Source of the DNA: Ascoidea asiatica JCM 7603
Taxonomy: Eukaryota; Fungi; Ascomycota
Direction of reading: 5' to 3'
Assembly: GCA_001600695.1 (NCBI GenBank)
Contig: BCKQ01000001.1
Location: 1,042,426-1,106,425 of the forward strand
DNA length: 64,000 bases
Shown here one piece after another: positions 10,684 to 24,517 of this stretch. A model generated the notes under the pieces. The model ran no database searches. It saw nothing but the letters and a program-made list of their open reading frames with translations, and had not been told where the DNA came from. A program made the translations under genes and the position numbers. Positions within the stretch are counted from its first letter, which is position 1. The number at the start of each line of letters is the position of its first letter.

Positions 10684-12807
10684 TTAAATTATTAACTCAT
10701 CAATTTGATCATTATGACTTCTTGGAACCATAGAGAATGGAGTGTTGCCAAGGCCATAGAGTACGTTATTATTGGATCCCGGCAACCCATAAGTAGAAGC
10801 TTGAGAATCAAAGTTATTATTTATATTAGATGCAACACGAGCTTGTAGTAAAGGAGAAAGTAAAGGATTCGAATCCATACTTTGAGCATATGTTGGAGGA
10901 GATAAAGCTTTAACATTCTCATAAGTTGGTGGAACCTCATCATCCCAGGCCACACCAAGTCCTGATCTTTCACAGAAATTTAGATTGAACTGCATTCTCA
11001 AAACTCTGGCAGCACCAGTAGGTGCACCATATTGTGTATTATTTTTAGACTCTAAAGTAGTCGAATTTTTAACATTTGCAGTATTAGATTGAGAAATCGA
11101 AGGAGAATTAGCTTTTGAAGTAGTTTTCTTAATTTTTGAAGAGCTATTTCTTCTTGAAATGGAACCATAATCTTCCATGGGAGGAACAGTAGATTCTTCA
11201 GCCACAACAACTTCTACACTTAAAACATGATTCACATATATTCCAAGAGTTGGATCAGAAATATCACAAGACATATTTGCGCCTTGTTTTAAGAGATTTT
11301 TAGATATTTGTTTTGAAGAAGTAGATTCTGGGATATAATTTGAATAACCAGTAGAAATATGTTGAGCATTAATATCAAGGACAACTTCACAACTTCCATC
11401 ACCAGAAAAATCAGTTTTCCAACCATGTTTAACTTCCCCAAAAGCTATTGTTCTTAACTCTTCTAAAAAAAGAGCTTCTTCAGTATTCTGAGGTTTTTGA
11501 ATTGGAGTTGAAGGAGTGGTTATTGGGGTTGATATATTGGATGGATTTCGCTGAATTGAATTCATTGAATTCGGATTGGAAGAACTTGATGATAACAGTT
11601 CAGAATCATGATTATTATTTAAAGATGAATTTGAATTTGAATTTGAATTTGAATGTGAATTTTCATTTAGATTAGTTGTAGAAGGGTTGTTTTGAATATC
11701 AGGAAGAATATTAGCATCAGTTTCTTGAGTTAAATTTTCAGTTAAAGAATGAACAGAAGAATTCGTACAAACCAAATTCAAACTTGAGATTTTTTTTGGT
11801 TTTGATTGATTTTTTTTAACATGTTGTTGAATAACTTTCAATTTGGTTTTATGTAAATTACAAGAATTAGCTCTAACTTTAACATTTTCTTCAATTCTCC
11901 AATTAATTCTTCTTAATCTCCAACGTTTATTTTCTGCATGATTATTAATACCATCTAATTTAAATTCTAAAGAGAAATTGGACTTTGGATAAACTACATT
12001 AGGAAACAACGCATTTGCAGTTACATTGGTTGGGGGAAAAATTCTTAAAGAATTTTTATCAGGACCTTTTAAAATTGATCTCATTATTTTTAAAGGCAAA
12101 GAAGTTGAAATTTTATATTCTTTATTTTTAATTAAACATTTTGAAGTGGCGATTAGTTTATAAGATATTGAAGTTGAATGATAAGAACCTAAAACACAAG
12201 TTGGAGGTAAAGAACCTGGTAAAAGATGTGAAAATGGATAAGCTTGACGACCGGGATTAAAAATTGAAGGTTTAGTTAATACATTCCATCTTGCAAGTTC
12301 AGTTTCCTTATTTTTACAATTTGAACAATTAGCTAAAGAATTTGAAGGAGGTAAAAAAGGTTTAGTATAAGTAATAGATTGAATTAAAGATAGAGATACA
12401 GAAGTAATTAATATTGAGTTTAAATTTGAATTTGAAATTAAGTTTGGATCAAATTTATAATCGGAAGAGTTTGATAAAGAAGGAGATAACGTTGGAGAAG
12501 ATTTATATGGAATTTTAATTATTAATAGACCAGATAATAATGAACCACTTGAATCAGATGGAGGACCATAAAATACTAATGGAGGACTTTCTAAAGATAT
12601 TGATAATGAAAATGGTTTTTTATTATTATTTATTGCGTTTGCTATATGATTGAAATTTGGTATTCTATGATGATCATTATGCTTTGAATGCTCTTTAACT
12701 TCGTTATTTTCATTATATTCATGAGTATTGTTATCATTATTATAATTATTGAGATTGCTAATATGATCAGAAGAACTTTTTAATAATTTGCTTACAAAGC
12801 TAACCAT
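10684..12807 (-). CDS. LDB19: Arrestin-related trafficking adaptor (Rsp5 adaptor)
   Basis: LESPPLVFYG..SSGSLLSG, YPFSHLLPGSLP, RSILKGPDKNSLRIFPPT, WRLRRINWRIEE, GWKTDF, TGAARVLRMQF, RSGLGVAWDDEVPPTY and PPTY PY-motifs, all characteristic of Ldb19/Art1. Confidence 0.9.
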   Translation of the reverse strand: MVSFVSKLLKSSSDHISNLNNYNNDNNTHEYNENNEVKEHSKHNDHHRIPNFNHIANAINNNKKPFSLSISLESPPLVFYGPPSDSSGSLLSGLLIIKIPYKSSPTLSPSLSNSSDYKFDPNLISNSNLNSILITSVSLSLIQSITYTKPFLPPSNSLANCSNCKNKETELARWNVLTKPSIFNPGRQAYPFSHLLPGSLPPTCVLGSYHSTSISYKLIATSKCLIKNKEYKISTSLPLKIMRSILKGPDKNSLRIFPPTNVTANALFPNVVYPKSNFSLEFKLDGINNHAENKRWRLRRINWRIEENVKVRANSCNLHKTKLKVIQQHVKKNQSKPKKISSLNLVCTNSSVHSLTENLTQETDANILPDIQNNPSTTNLNENSHSNSNSNSNSSLNNNHDSELLSSSSSNPNSMNSIQRNPSNISTPITTPSTPIQKPQNTEEALFLEELRTIAFGEVKHGWKTDFSGDGSCEVVLDINAQHISTGYSNYIPESTSSKQISKNLLKQGANMSCDISDPTLGIYVNHVLSVEVVVAEESTVPPMEDYGSISRRNSSSKIKKTTSKANSPSISQSNTANVKNSTTLESKNNTQYGAPTGAARVLRMQFNLNFCERSGLGVAWDDEVPPTYENVKALSPPTYAQSMDSNPLLSPLLQARVASNINNNFDSQASTYGLPGSNNNVLYGLGNTPFSMVPRSHNDQIDELII

Positions 12808-13690
12808 TCTATTTTATGAAAGATAATTTTGAATTATAATATACAAGATAAATATATTGTATAAAATTTAAATAAGAAGTACTAATATAATATAATAAAG
12901 TATAGTGTAATATGAAATAAATTGATATGAAAAGATAAGAAAAGATATAAAATTAAATAAAAATTGAAATAAATTATAGATATAGAAAAAGATAAGAAAA
13001 GAAGACAATTTATATAGAAAATAAGAGAGAAAAAGAAAATAAGAACAAGGAAATAATTTTGATTAAAATTTAATCCGAATTTAATATAGTTACTAATGCA
13101 GTTAAGTAAAATTTGATTTTCATAACAGTTACTTGAATTTTTATTTTTTCAAAAAAAGATCAAAACAAATAAATGAGGGAAAAAGACTAAAAGAGGTTTA
13201 AAATTTCCGTTAAATAAACGTTTATGAAATGAAAGTATTAAATACTAAAATAATGTTTAAAAAAATCAATAAATCAAAAAATATTGAAATATATTTAGAA
13301 TTTATGAGAAATTGGAATATTTAGAAAGGTAACTCGAGCCATGATAATAATTTGCTCATTAGTTTTGAAAAAATTTTGAATAAAGTAAAAAAAAAAATAA
13401 GAAAACATTAGAAAATATTCGAGAATAAATTGAAAAACATGGAAATAAACGTTATTTTAGTCATTCACAAAACCAAAAATGAAGGTTTACTCTGGTAAAA
13501 GACAGAATATGTCTGTCGAGAAGTAAGGTAATTATTTGTGCAGGTACCAGCGTTAAGCGAAGGTGGTGAGGGAACCTTAATTTCGCTTATTTCCAGATGG
13601 AATTCTTAATTTATTGCTTGTTTTATTGCATATTTATTGCATAATTCATGCACTTTTATTGCTTTCTTTAATGCTTTCTATTGAAAATAC

Positions 13691-13711
13691 TCACGTGCGA
13701 TTTTTCACGTG
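13691..13711. promoter_or_regulatory. Paired TCACGTG (Cbf1/bHLH E-box) sites upstream of LDB19
   Basis: TCACGTG at 13691-13697 and 13705-13711. Confidence 0.5.
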
Positions 13712-16074
13712 CGCGCGTGTTTCCGTAGTGAAATGATCAGTCACATTGAAATTATTAAGACAAGCATACAGTGTGGAACAAAGAATAGTAGGAGAATACT
13801 TAAAAAGTATGAGAATATTCTCTCATTTGTCGAGAAATATGAGATTGATTGACATATTTCAAATTATGAATAGAAATGAGTGATGATTCAAAATCAAGGA
13901 AAAGAATATTGTATTTGGCGGGTGAAACTTTCTCAAATAAAAAGTGTGCGTATTATTTTTCGCTTATTATGAAAAGACGTTAAATGATCAGATTTTTCCG
14001 TCGCTCAACACCGTTCTCACTAACTGCATTGAAATAGAAAATGTAACCGAGAATTCTGACTTCTGTGTGAATTTAAAAAAGTCGGTGGTATAAGATGAGA
14101 ATTATAACCCCATGCTATTTTCTGAGGTATTTCGAGAAACCATCATTTTATCTTGAAAGCATTCACGATGAATTGCAAAGTAATTTCAGTGGCATTTTTT
14201 CTTTTCTTTTGTGTTGCCGTTGGTGGTTGTGGTGCTTTTGCTAGTTTTTTTGTATAATTGTGTGGGTGTGGCTTTTTATGTGGTTCTTCTGACTTGGCTG
14301 GTTGAATTTCTCTATTTCCGTCGGAAAAGCCGAGGTGTCGTGACTTTTTTGACAGCAAGCCACAGAAGAACCATAGCGGATTTCGGACAAAAACAAAAAG
14401 AAATTCCCTTCCTCTTTAGGAAGCTCAGTAAGCAAGCGCATTAAGTCATGTGACAATGGCTAATATTGGCTTATGGAAACCGGAATTGTATTTTACAGAT
14501 CTGGGTGATAATTATAAAAATAATTATAATTAAATAGCTAAACATTTATCATATGGTAAGGCATAAATAAAAATATAATCAGGCAACAATTCCTATTTTT
14601 ATTGTTTTTTTTTTGGTTTACTGTTATTATACTCATAATTGGAAACCATCAACATTTCATATTATTTTTGTGCTTTTGAAATAGATTTTACTTGTGTCGA
14701 TTTCCTAATAACTATTATCACAGCGAAAATTGAAATCGTGGATTCCCTTTTACTTTAAACTTACTAACTTACTTGCCACGAATTCTCTTCACTTACAAGT
14801 TAGTATTTATTCTTTTGTTTGATTGTTTCTAACCGAGCAGCTCATGTAATCTGTCATAAAGACAGCTTCGCTTGAAATTTTGGTAATATTCTAAGACAAT
14901 AATAACTTTTCAGTAAAATTGGAGGACCCTTTAAATTTGCATTGACACTAAGCTGGCTACTAAAAATAACTTCACCTCGGGCGTAGCCAATAGGAAATTC
15001 TTATTCTGGGGTTGTCGACCTTGTCTGGAGAAAACCATCCAACATCTCGCTGTCTGGAACCGTGAGGGGAGTAAAGAATCCCGTTTAGCAAGGGCATTCT
15101 GGCTGGGGGTTTTTCTCTTTAACACAAGAAACCCATACTTTAGCGGGTGTCTTGGGTGAAACGAACAGGGGTACCCCGCGAACAAGCTGGGAGTGTTCTC
15201 AAGCGGGGAACAAGTCCAAGAGAATCTCCATAGAACAAGCGGATAATGCGATCTTTCTATTTAAATTAGCATTTCTCATTACTATTTCTATTATTCTTGC
15301 TATTATTCTTGCTATTACTCTTCCATCACACTTCTAGTTCTATCTAATTTACTACTGTAGTAGATTCAAATTCAAATTCAAATTAAAATTCAAAATTCTA
15401 ATTCTGCTTATTAAAAAAATGAAAGCCTGAAAGGAAGTAAAGTTCTAGCAAATACAGCTCACTGGTAGCAAACGATCAAAAATGATTAAAAGCACTTTAA
15501 TTGTAAAAAAGTCTGGATAAATGCAAAAAAGATGAAAAGATGATATTTTTTATCGATTATCTTCCGTACTTTCACTGTTTTATTGCAATTAATAGTAATT
15601 TCAATTGTCCAATTATCCAATATTCAATAATAAATTTCCAATTATCCAATTATTCACTCGCTTAACATTAAATATCTTTAATTTCATTTTTTTACTTTCA
15701 TCCTTTTACAAAATTTGAATTGGCTCCAGAATTGGAATACCAATCATAATTGATTTCTCACTAATCTTAAGCTTAAGATTACGATTACGAAAATTAATCC
15801 CTGAACAATCCAATTATATTAGTATCTTATCCTTTCAGGGATATCATTTTATGCCATTTATATATAAAGAGTTATTCTTTTCCCTTTTTCTTTCTTTATA
15901 TTGTTTCATAATTATCTTCTATTAATATTAATATTAATATCACTATAGGAAATTTATAATCTTTAATTGCTCATATACTATTCCTCTATTATTTATCTAT
16001 TATTCATCTATCATTTATTCCATTTAATTAATCAATAATCATTATTATCTAGTTTTTTCACTTATTCAATAAAA

Positions 16075-18072
16075 ATGTCTCCAAATGAAAACGAGCATTT
16101 AATGCATGTTAATAAAATTGATCCAACTCCATTATTTAAGAAAAATCATCCATCAACTCCAAATTTAGAAAGTTTTGAAGAATATCAAACTTTATATAAA
16201 CAATCAATTGAAAATCCAATTGAATTTTATGATAAAATTGCTAAAAAAGAATTAGATTGGTTTAAAGAATTTGATGTTACAAAATATCCAAAAACTGGTT
16301 TCAATACTTCTTGGTTTTTAAATGGTCAATTAAATGCTTCATATAATTGTGTTGATCGTCATGCTTTTAAAGATCCAAATAAAGCTGCAATTATTTATGA
16401 AGCTGATGAACCTGGTGAAGGTAAAATTATAACTTTTGGTGAATTATTAATTAAAGTTTCTCAATTAGCTCAAGTTTTAACTGATTTAGGTGTTAAAAAA
16501 GGTGATACAGTTGCTGTATATTTACCAATGATACCTGAAGCTATAATCACAATCTTAGCCATTGTTAGAATTGGTGCTATTCATTCTGTTATATTTGCTG
16601 GATTTTCTTCAAGTTCTTTAAGAGATCGTATTAATGATGCTGATTCAAGAGTTGTTATAACTACAGATGAATCAAAAAGAGGTGGTAAAGCAATTGAAAC
16701 TAAAAAAATTGTTGATGAAGCTGTTAAAGATTGTCCAAATGTTAGAAATATTTTAGTTGTTAGAAGAACTGGTAATAGTTCCGTACCTTTTAAATTTGGT
16801 AGAGATCTTTGGTATCATGAAGAATTACCAAAATATAAAACTTATTTTCCTCCAGTTCCAGTAAATTCTGAAGATACTTTATTTTTATTATATACTTCAG
16901 GTTCAACTGGTAAACCAAAAGGTATTCAACATACAACTGCTGGTTATCTTTTAAATGCTCTTTTAACAACTAAATATTCTTTTGATGTTAATCCAAATGA
17001 TACTTTTTTCACTGCTGGTGATATTGGTTGGATTACTGGTCATACTTATGTAATTTATGGCCCTTTATTAATTGGTGCTGCAACTGTTGTATTTGAAGGT
17101 ACTCCTTCTTATCCAAATTTTTCAAGATATTGGGAAATTGTTGACAAATATAAAGTAAATCAATTTTACGTTGCTCCAACTGCTTTACGTTTATTAAAAA
17201 GAGCTGGTGATAAATATATTGAAAATTATAATTTATCTTCTTTACGTGTTTTAGGTTCTGTTGGTGAACCAATTGCTGCTGAAGTTTGGGAATGGTATTA
17301 TGAAAAAATTGGTAGAGGTAGATGTACAATTCAAGATACTTATTGGCAAACTGAAAATGGTTCTCATTTGATTGCACCATTAGCAGGTATAACTCCAATG
17401 AAACCAGGTTCTGCTTCTTTACCATTTTTTGGTATTGAACCTGCAATTGTTGATCCAGTTTCCGGTAAAGAATTAACTGGTAATAATGTTGAAGGTGTTT
17501 TATGTATTAAACAATCTTGGCCTTCAATGACAAGATCAATTTGGAAAGATTATTCAAGATATTTGGATACTTATTTTAATCCATATCCTGGATTTTTTTT
17601 CACAGGTGATGGTGGTGCAAGAGATATCGATGGGTTTTATTGGGTTCTTGGTAGAGTTGATGATGTTGTTAATGTTTCAGGTCATCGTCTTTCAACTGCA
17701 GAAATTGAAGCTGCAATTATTGAAAATCCAAATGTTGCAGAAAATGCCGTTGTTGGTTTTGCTGATGATTTAACCGGTCAAGCTGTTGCAGCTTTTGTGA
17801 GTTTAAAGAAAAAAGATTTATCAGATTCTGAAGTTCTTGCTGCAAAAAAAGAATTAACTTTAACTGTTAGAAAAGAAATTGGTCCATTTGCAGCACCAAA
17901 ATTAGTTTTAATAGTTGATGATTTACCAAAAACTAGATCCGGTAAAATTATGAGAAGAATTTTAAGAAAAGTTTTAGCTCGTGAAGAAGATCAATTAGGT
18001 GATATTAGTACTTTATCTAATCCTGACATTGTTCCTCAAATAATTAGTGCAGTAAAGGCTACTAGAAAATAA
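16075..18072 (+). CDS. ACS1: Acetyl-CoA synthetase (ACS1-type), copy A
   Basis: [14 protein letters not shown]-binding loop, [56 protein letters not shown]. The [11 protein letters not shown] and ALRLLKRAG segments resemble Acs1 more than Acs2. Confidence 0.9.
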   Translation: MSPNENEHLMHVNKIDPTPLFKKNHPSTPNLESFEEYQTLYKQSIENPIEFYDKIAKKELDWFKEFDVTKYPKTGFNTSWFLNGQLNASYNCVDRHAFKDPNKAAIIYEADEPGEGKIITFGELLIKVSQLAQVLTDLGVKKGDTVAVYLPMIPEAIITILAIVRIGAIHSVIFAGFSSSSLRDRINDADSRVVITTDESKRGGKAIETKKIVDEAVKDCPNVRNILVVRRTGNSSVPFKFGRDLWYHEELPKYKTYFPPVPVNSEDTLFLLYTSGSTGKPKGIQHTTAGYLLNALLTTKYSFDVNPNDTFFTAGDIGWITGHTYVIYGPLLIGAATVVFEGTPSYPNFSRYWEIVDKYKVNQFYVAPTALRLLKRAGDKYIENYNLSSLRVLGSVGEPIAAEVWEWYYEKIGRGRCTIQDTYWQTENGSHLIAPLAGITPMKPGSASLPFFGIEPAIVDPVSGKELTGNNVEGVLCIKQSWPSMTRSIWKDYSRYLDTYFNPYPGFFFTGDGGARDIDGFYWVLGRVDDVVNVSGHRLSTAEIEAAIIENPNVAENAVVGFADDLTGQAVAAFVSLKKKDLSDSEVLAAKKELTLTVRKEIGPFAAPKLVLIVDDLPKTRSGKIMRRILRKVLAREEDQLGDISTLSNPDIVPQIISAVKATRK

Positions 18073-20673
18073 GTTAATGAATTATGTTTCTAATTTATGA
18101 ATTTCCCTTTCACTTTTCTTATTTATGTTTTATGTTAATATTCACTTTTTTTAATGTATTTTTTTATATAAACTATTGATTTAATTTGATCAAATAAATA
18201 TTTATTTGACTTTAATTTATGTTAAGCTTCTTCTATTTCCAATAATAAATATTGAAAATTAAAATTACCTAAAATGAAAAGAATAAATAAACATTTCAAA
18301 TTGAATAGTACTATAGGATTAAATATCTATTATAGAAATATATCTTATACATATATCCATTAAACCATCCTATAATATTATCTATTTTAAGCTTGAGATA
18401 AAAACTCGTTTTCAGATAATTTTCAAACTTGAAAATTGCATATTAATTAAAAAAAAACTCATCTTTTTTTCTATACTTGTTTCAAATTTTTTTATTTTTA
18501 ATTGTTTGTTAGAATCTAAATTTTTGAATTTTGAAAATATGTTTCAAACCCTTAAAAAATTATGGAAAATCATGTCTTAAATTTTGAAATTTTTCTTTTT
18601 TCTAAAATATGTATCAAGGCACTGCAAATCTTAAAACTAGTCATAATTTGACGGTAAAAAAATGAGACTCTAATAAAAAAGACATCTTATTAAAATAAAA
18701 ACAAAGAGAATAAAATGAATTAACTTTTTTTTTCAATTAAATCCAAAGAATTTGGCATGTTTTCCTTTAATTAGAAAACAAAACAAGACAATAACGAAAA
18801 TATTTTCAACTATTCTTTTCTTCAAATGAGGTGAATAAAGTAATGAAATTTCCGTTCATAGAGACTAAAATCTTAAAGCCTTCAAGAAATTCTACTCAAA
18901 TCAAATATATAATTCTTTTAAGTTTTTTTGCTTAAGGTTAAGGTTCTCCTTCTTTTTAATGGTAGAATTGCAATAGATTAAAAAAAGGGCAATTTTTCAC
19001 AGCATTCATTTGAGTTAGTGCTTAATATAAAAAAGATAGTGGACTAAGGGAAATAAGACCCAATTAGGAAAGTGGGTATCGAAGAAAGCTGGGGCAAAAT
19101 TTGAAGTCGTAAAGGATTTAAAATAAATGCCTTTCATCCCAAAAATAGAAATGAGAAAAAGGACACTTGAAATAGAAGATTATAGCAACTCTTTAATTTC
19201 CTGAAGGTGAACAACATATAAGAGACAATCACAGTAATGCTATTAACATTCAGACTAGTATTACTCTATATACATAAGTTCTTTTTGAATTGAAAAAAGA
19301 ACAAGGACCCTTGAAAGTTACTCTCCAAAAAAAGATCGACAAAAAAATAATTTTGCTTTTTTAGCAAATTCAATTATCTAAATTTTACTTCCAATTCATT
19401 TTTTTTGAAGAACATACCTGTGATTTTTGAAAATATGGGTTTCTCCCTGCTGTTTGTTTGCTAATATCTCTTACGTTAAAGTAAAAAAAAAGAAAGCATA
19501 AAATAGTTCGGAGGTTGGTTTTAGATTTAGTTATATCTACCGATTTTTTTAATTCTGTGTAAAATTTAAAATCAATTGAGGCCAATGGACATTTCCCAAT
19601 CAGGAAAAAAGTATAGACTATGAGCCAAAATTCAATAATATGGGACAAAAATTCCACATGTCCTCAAACATTTTTGGCTCTGTCCATATATTTTTTTTCC
19701 ATAACGAGCTATTCGGAAGTATTTTTATATTCGACTGTCATGTGCACACTCCTCGGTTGAAACTCCGCTGAGCCTGAGTTTTGTATAGCGCTAGGCCTTT
19801 CTATGCCCGCATCAGATAGCAACCTGGCTTGATGCTTCCAGCTTTACAAATCAAGCCAACCTAAAAAGTTTGAGATCTCAGCAATTTTGTTCTCCACAAA
19901 ATATAATTCTACCAATGCAGTTGAAACAACTATGGGTTTAATAAAAAATAATGATCTGATTAGCTTTTATTAAATAGTTAAGAAAACAAGTTTCAATGGT
20001 TAGTCACTGCTTGTGAAGTTATTTATCAGTTATCATTAACAATGCATGCTCTACATTATCAATAGTAGGTATTATAGAAAGATCCACTCATGAAGGTCAT
20101 ATTATAACTCTTATTGCTTACTTACTCCACAATAATTCAAATATATGATTCTTAACTCCAATAATTGGACAATTGAATTTAGGTGAGATTCAGAAATTGG
20201 AGGTGAAAATCACTTTACAATCGAACTAAATAATATACTGATTATGTTTTTGATCGATGAAAGTTCAATATTAATTTCCGATTCTCAAAAACAATATGGG
20301 TTTTAGATTATCGTAAATTGAACCCTTTGGAAAATTATGAAGACATTATTTTAAATTGATTTTTGATTTCTAATTTTTTGATCTTAATGAACTTTAATTA
20401 TTTTTTTTCGACTAATGGTTAGCTGTTTTCCGATGAACTTTTGTCAAATATTTATATAAATATCTTGCTATTTATCAGTTAACTTCAAAACTATATTACT
20501 ATTATTATTATAACTATTATAATTATTATAATTATTCGATTACTAATATCAAAATAACAATTGAGTGAGATTTAACAATTAATTAATACAATTTTTCATA
20601 TAATTCTTATTACTCTCTTAAATTAAACTCAACTTTAATATATACTTTCAAAAAACTTTCTTTGTATTCCAAA

Positions 20674-22677
20674 ATGGCTGGTGGTAATCGTGAAGAACAT
20701 CTTTCTGATCATGTTCATGCAATTGATCCTCCTCTTGAATTTTTCAGCAATCGTCCAAAAAATGTTACTCCATACATAAATTCCTTTGAAGAATTCCAAA
20801 AAATGTACAAAGAATCTGTTGAAGAACCAAATAAATTTTATTCAAAAATGGCTAATGAAAATTTAGATTGGATTAAAAAATTTGATATTGCAAAATTTCC
20901 TGAACATGGTTTTCAAAATACTTGGTTTATAAATGGTCAATTAAATGCTTCTTATAATTGCGTTGATCGTCATGCTTTTAAGAACCCCGATAAAGTTGCA
21001 ATTATCTATGAATCTGATGAACCTGGTGAAGGTTATAAAGTTACTTATAAAGAATTATTAGATCAAGTTTGCCAAATGGCTCAAGTTTTATTTTCTTTGG
21101 GAGTTAAAAAAGGTGATACAGTTGCTGTTTATTTACCAATGGTTCCTGAAGCAATTGTTGCTATAATGGCTATTGTTAGACTTGGCGCAATACATTCTGT
21201 TGTATTTGCTGGGTTTTCTTCCAATGCTTTACGTGATCGTATTAATGACGCAAATTCAAAAATTATTCTTACATCAGATTTTTCAATAAGAGGTGGAAAA
21301 ACTGTAGAAACTAAAAAAATTGTCGATGAAGCAATTAAAGGCTCTCCAAATGTCAAGAATGTAATTGTTTTAAAAACTTCTGAAAAAGATGTTCCTTTTA
21401 ATCCAAAATATGATTTATGGTGGCATGAAGAAACTGCAAAACATAGAAATTATTTTCCTCCAGTTCCAGTAAATTCTGAAGATCCATTATATCTCTTATA
21501 TACATCTGGTTCAACAGGAAAACCAAAAGGTTTAGTTCATGCCACAGCTGGATATCTTTTGAATTCTATAATTACTGGAAAATATGTTTTTGATATTCAT
21601 CCAGAAGATGTTGTATTTACTGCTGCTGATATTGGCTGGGTACTTGGTCATACATATGTATGTTATGCACCTTTAGCTATTGGTGCAACCACTGTTTTAT
21701 TTCAAAGTACTCCAGTTTATCCAACCCCTACAAGATTCTGGGATATAATTGATGAATATAAAGTCACTCAATTTTATGTTGCTCCAACAGCTTTACGTTT
21801 ATTAAAAAGAGCTGGTTCTGATTTAATTAAACCATATAGTCTATCAACATTACGTGCTTGTGGTTCAGTAGGTGAACCAATTGCACCTGATGTTTGGGAA
21901 TGGTATTATGAAAATATTGCTAGAAAGAGATGTTCAATATTAGATACATTTTGGCAAACTGAAACTGCTTCACCGGTTTTATGTCCAGTTGCTGGAGTTA
22001 CTCCAATGAAACCTGGATCTTGTTCTTTACCTTTTTTTGGTGTGAAAGTTTCAATTTTGGATCCCCAATCTGGTGAAGAATTGAAAGGTAATGATGTTGA
22101 AGGGGTACTTGCTTTTACAACTTCATGGCCTTCATTAACTAGAACTATATGGAAAGATTATAAAAGATATATGGACACTTATTTTAATCCATTTCCAGGT
22201 TATTTTTTCACTGGTGATGGTGCTGCAAGAGATCAAGATGGTTTTATTTGGATTCTTGGAAGAGTTGATGATGTTGTTAATGTCTCGGGTCATCGTCTTT
22301 CTACTGCAGAAATTGAAGCTGCAATTCTTGAAAATCCAAGTGTTTCCGAGAATGCCGCAGTTGGATTTCCACATGATTTAACAGGACAAGCAGTTGCAAC
22401 ATTTGTTGCATTAAAATCAGGTATTACTGAACAAGAAACTGAAACTGTCAAAAAGGATTTGATTATGACTGTTAGAAAAGAAATTGGACCTTTTGCAGCA
22501 CCTAAAGAAATTTTTATTGTTAATGATTTACCTAAAACTAGATCAGGTAAAATTATGAGAAGAATTTTAAGAAAAATTCTTGTTCATGAAGAAGATCAAC
22601 TCGGTGATGTCAGTACATTATCAAATCCTGAATCGGTTAAAGCATTAGTAGATTTAGTTCATGCTTCCAGAAAATAA
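20674..22677 (+). CDS. Acetyl/acyl-CoA synthetase, tandem paralogue (copy B) with altered acyl-pocket residues
   Basis: Same ACS motifs as copy A. The true start is the ATG at 20674 (AAAATGG context), not the TTG at 20662; 667 aa. Confidence 0.9.
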   Translation: MAGGNREEHLSDHVHAIDPPLEFFSNRPKNVTPYINSFEEFQKMYKESVEEPNKFYSKMANENLDWIKKFDIAKFPEHGFQNTWFINGQLNASYNCVDRHAFKNPDKVAIIYESDEPGEGYKVTYKELLDQVCQMAQVLFSLGVKKGDTVAVYLPMVPEAIVAIMAIVRLGAIHSVVFAGFSSNALRDRINDANSKIILTSDFSIRGGKTVETKKIVDEAIKGSPNVKNVIVLKTSEKDVPFNPKYDLWWHEETAKHRNYFPPVPVNSEDPLYLLYTSGSTGKPKGLVHATAGYLLNSIITGKYVFDIHPEDVVFTAADIGWVLGHTYVCYAPLAIGATTVLFQSTPVYPTPTRFWDIIDEYKVTQFYVAPTALRLLKRAGSDLIKPYSLSTLRACGSVGEPIAPDVWEWYYENIARKRCSILDTFWQTETASPVLCPVAGVTPMKPGSCSLPFFGVKVSILDPQSGEELKGNDVEGVLAFTTSWPSLTRTIWKDYKRYMDTYFNPFPGYFFTGDGAARDQDGFIWILGRVDDVVNVSGHRLSTAEIEAAILENPSVSENAAVGFPHDLTGQAVATFVALKSGITEQETETVKKDLIMTVRKEIGPFAAPKEIFIVNDLPKTRSGKIMRRILRKILVHEEDQLGDVSTLSNPESVKALVDLVHASRK

Positions 22678-24343
22678 TATTTTAACCTCCTGATTTTTTT
22701 TCCATTATCATTTGTTTTTATCGATTGTCTTTTTTTTATTCAAGATGTTGACATTTTTTTATTTATTACTTATATTTATATGACTTTACTTTATGATTAC
22801 TTATTTTTTCTAAACGTTACTTTATTTTTCCAATAAATCTAATACTTCAATTTTCAAAACAATTTAGTAAACAGACGAAAAATTAATTGTAGAGTTATTT
22901 CAACTGAGGAATTGAAACAATTTTGATAATCGTAACTATATAACAACCAAATAAAAGTTTAACCGAGTGATTCCCAATGTATAAAAAATTGTCTGGAGAT
23001 TTTCTGGCTATTAATATGCATAAAGATTAGTAGATTTCCATTTTTTTAATTGTAATCGAACTTTCTTCACAATACTGGAAAATATTCGACCCATAAAGAT
23101 GGTCTCCAAACTCAATTCAATTTTTTTTTTCTTTAAATTCCTAATTTTAGCATTGGTTTGACTGGAACACATTTATTTCTTTATCTTAAGCCTATGACCA
23201 ATACCTAAAGTTCTTTTTTAACGAATTATTGAACAATGCTTAAAGAGAGAAACAATAACTGGTCATTTATTTATTCCAAAAAAACCGAATTATCATTTGA
23301 TTTGGAAGAAGTCAAACCTCCTACTTAAATTTCCAAGGAACATGGATTGTAATAATCAGGATTCCAGCATTTTTTGTTCACCTGTATGTGTTTCACTCTT
23401 TGGGTATTTGTAAATAATGGGACTAATATTTATGCTGAGTATCAGCGATAAAAACAAGATCTGATTTTCAGAGGAAAGATTAAGTGTTTTTAGCTTTAAT
23501 TCATTATTACTTGTGCTTTACTATTAAATGTTTAACCTTTTAAGAAATTCAGAGAGAAAAAAATGAATGAATGAAGAGTTTAAAATATTAACAATAAAAG
23601 TGATGTAACAGATCTCAAAAATTTTTTATTAGTTCTTAAAAAAGAATACTTTCAATGAAATGAATTACTTTCAAAATATTCTTGAACTCAAATTTGAGTA
23701 CTCATATGTTTCCTCATTTAGATTAAATTTGCTTCAACGTAAAACAAATATACAGTAAACATCTGCTTTATGATTTGGATTTGATAATAAAGAATAAAAA
23801 TTATTATCAAATTAGTTGTAAGACTATGATCAATATAATATTTGCCACTGAGGAAGTACTTAATGACATCTTAACTCAATTTTTGTTTTTGAATTCATAA
23901 GTACAGTATAATTATAATTGGTGAAATAATAATATGTATTTTGGTTAGATAAACTTAGACTCTTTTTGTGGTATCCCAGTTCAGTCTATCTAGCATTTTC
24001 AAAATAATCAATAAAAATCAAAAAAAAAACTCAAATAACCTGCATTATTATATTTTCAATTTACATTAAGTTTTACTTTTTAAATATCATATAAATTAAA
24101 CAATTAGTTCCCTTCAACTTATTAATTCTTTCATACAATAGCTAAATATCTTTTATGGTAACACAAATTTTATCTCAAAAATATCTAAACAATAAGTTTT
24201 ACATTTACTTTAAACTAGTTTGGTTCAACTCAATTCAATTCCATTGAATTCAATTCATTTAATCTATTTCTTCTCAGTGCTTGTGGTATTGTATCTCAAT
24301 ATTCTTGGGTGATAATTTTTATAATAAAGATAGAACTATTAGA

Positions 24344-24517
24344 ATGCCATTAACTTCTGCTGACTGGTATTGCCATATGTGCTCCAGCAAAAATCAAGTT
24401 ACCAAATTGACTGGAAATGCTAATTGCTATCATTGTGAACATCAAGTCTGTTTTTGGGATGATAAATTAAAGAGACAAGTTATTTCTTGCAATAAATGCA
24501 AATTTGATGTAAGCTGA
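24344..24517 (+). CDS. Small Cys/His-rich putative zinc-ribbon protein (57 aa from the ATG; may be extended by an upstream exon)
   Basis: W-Y-C-x2-C...N...C-x2-C-x-H-x2-C...C-x2-C pattern in an otherwise empty 2.4-kb intergenic region. Confidence 0.5.
   Translation: MPLTSADWYCHMCSSKNQVTKLTGNANCYHCEHQVCFWDDKLKRQVISCNKCKFDVS

Noticed and set aside
13691-13900. Point centromere (CDEI-like TCACGTG)
   Set aside because: No very AT-rich CDEII followed by a CDEIII CCGAA element at the proper spacing; better explained as promoter E-boxes.
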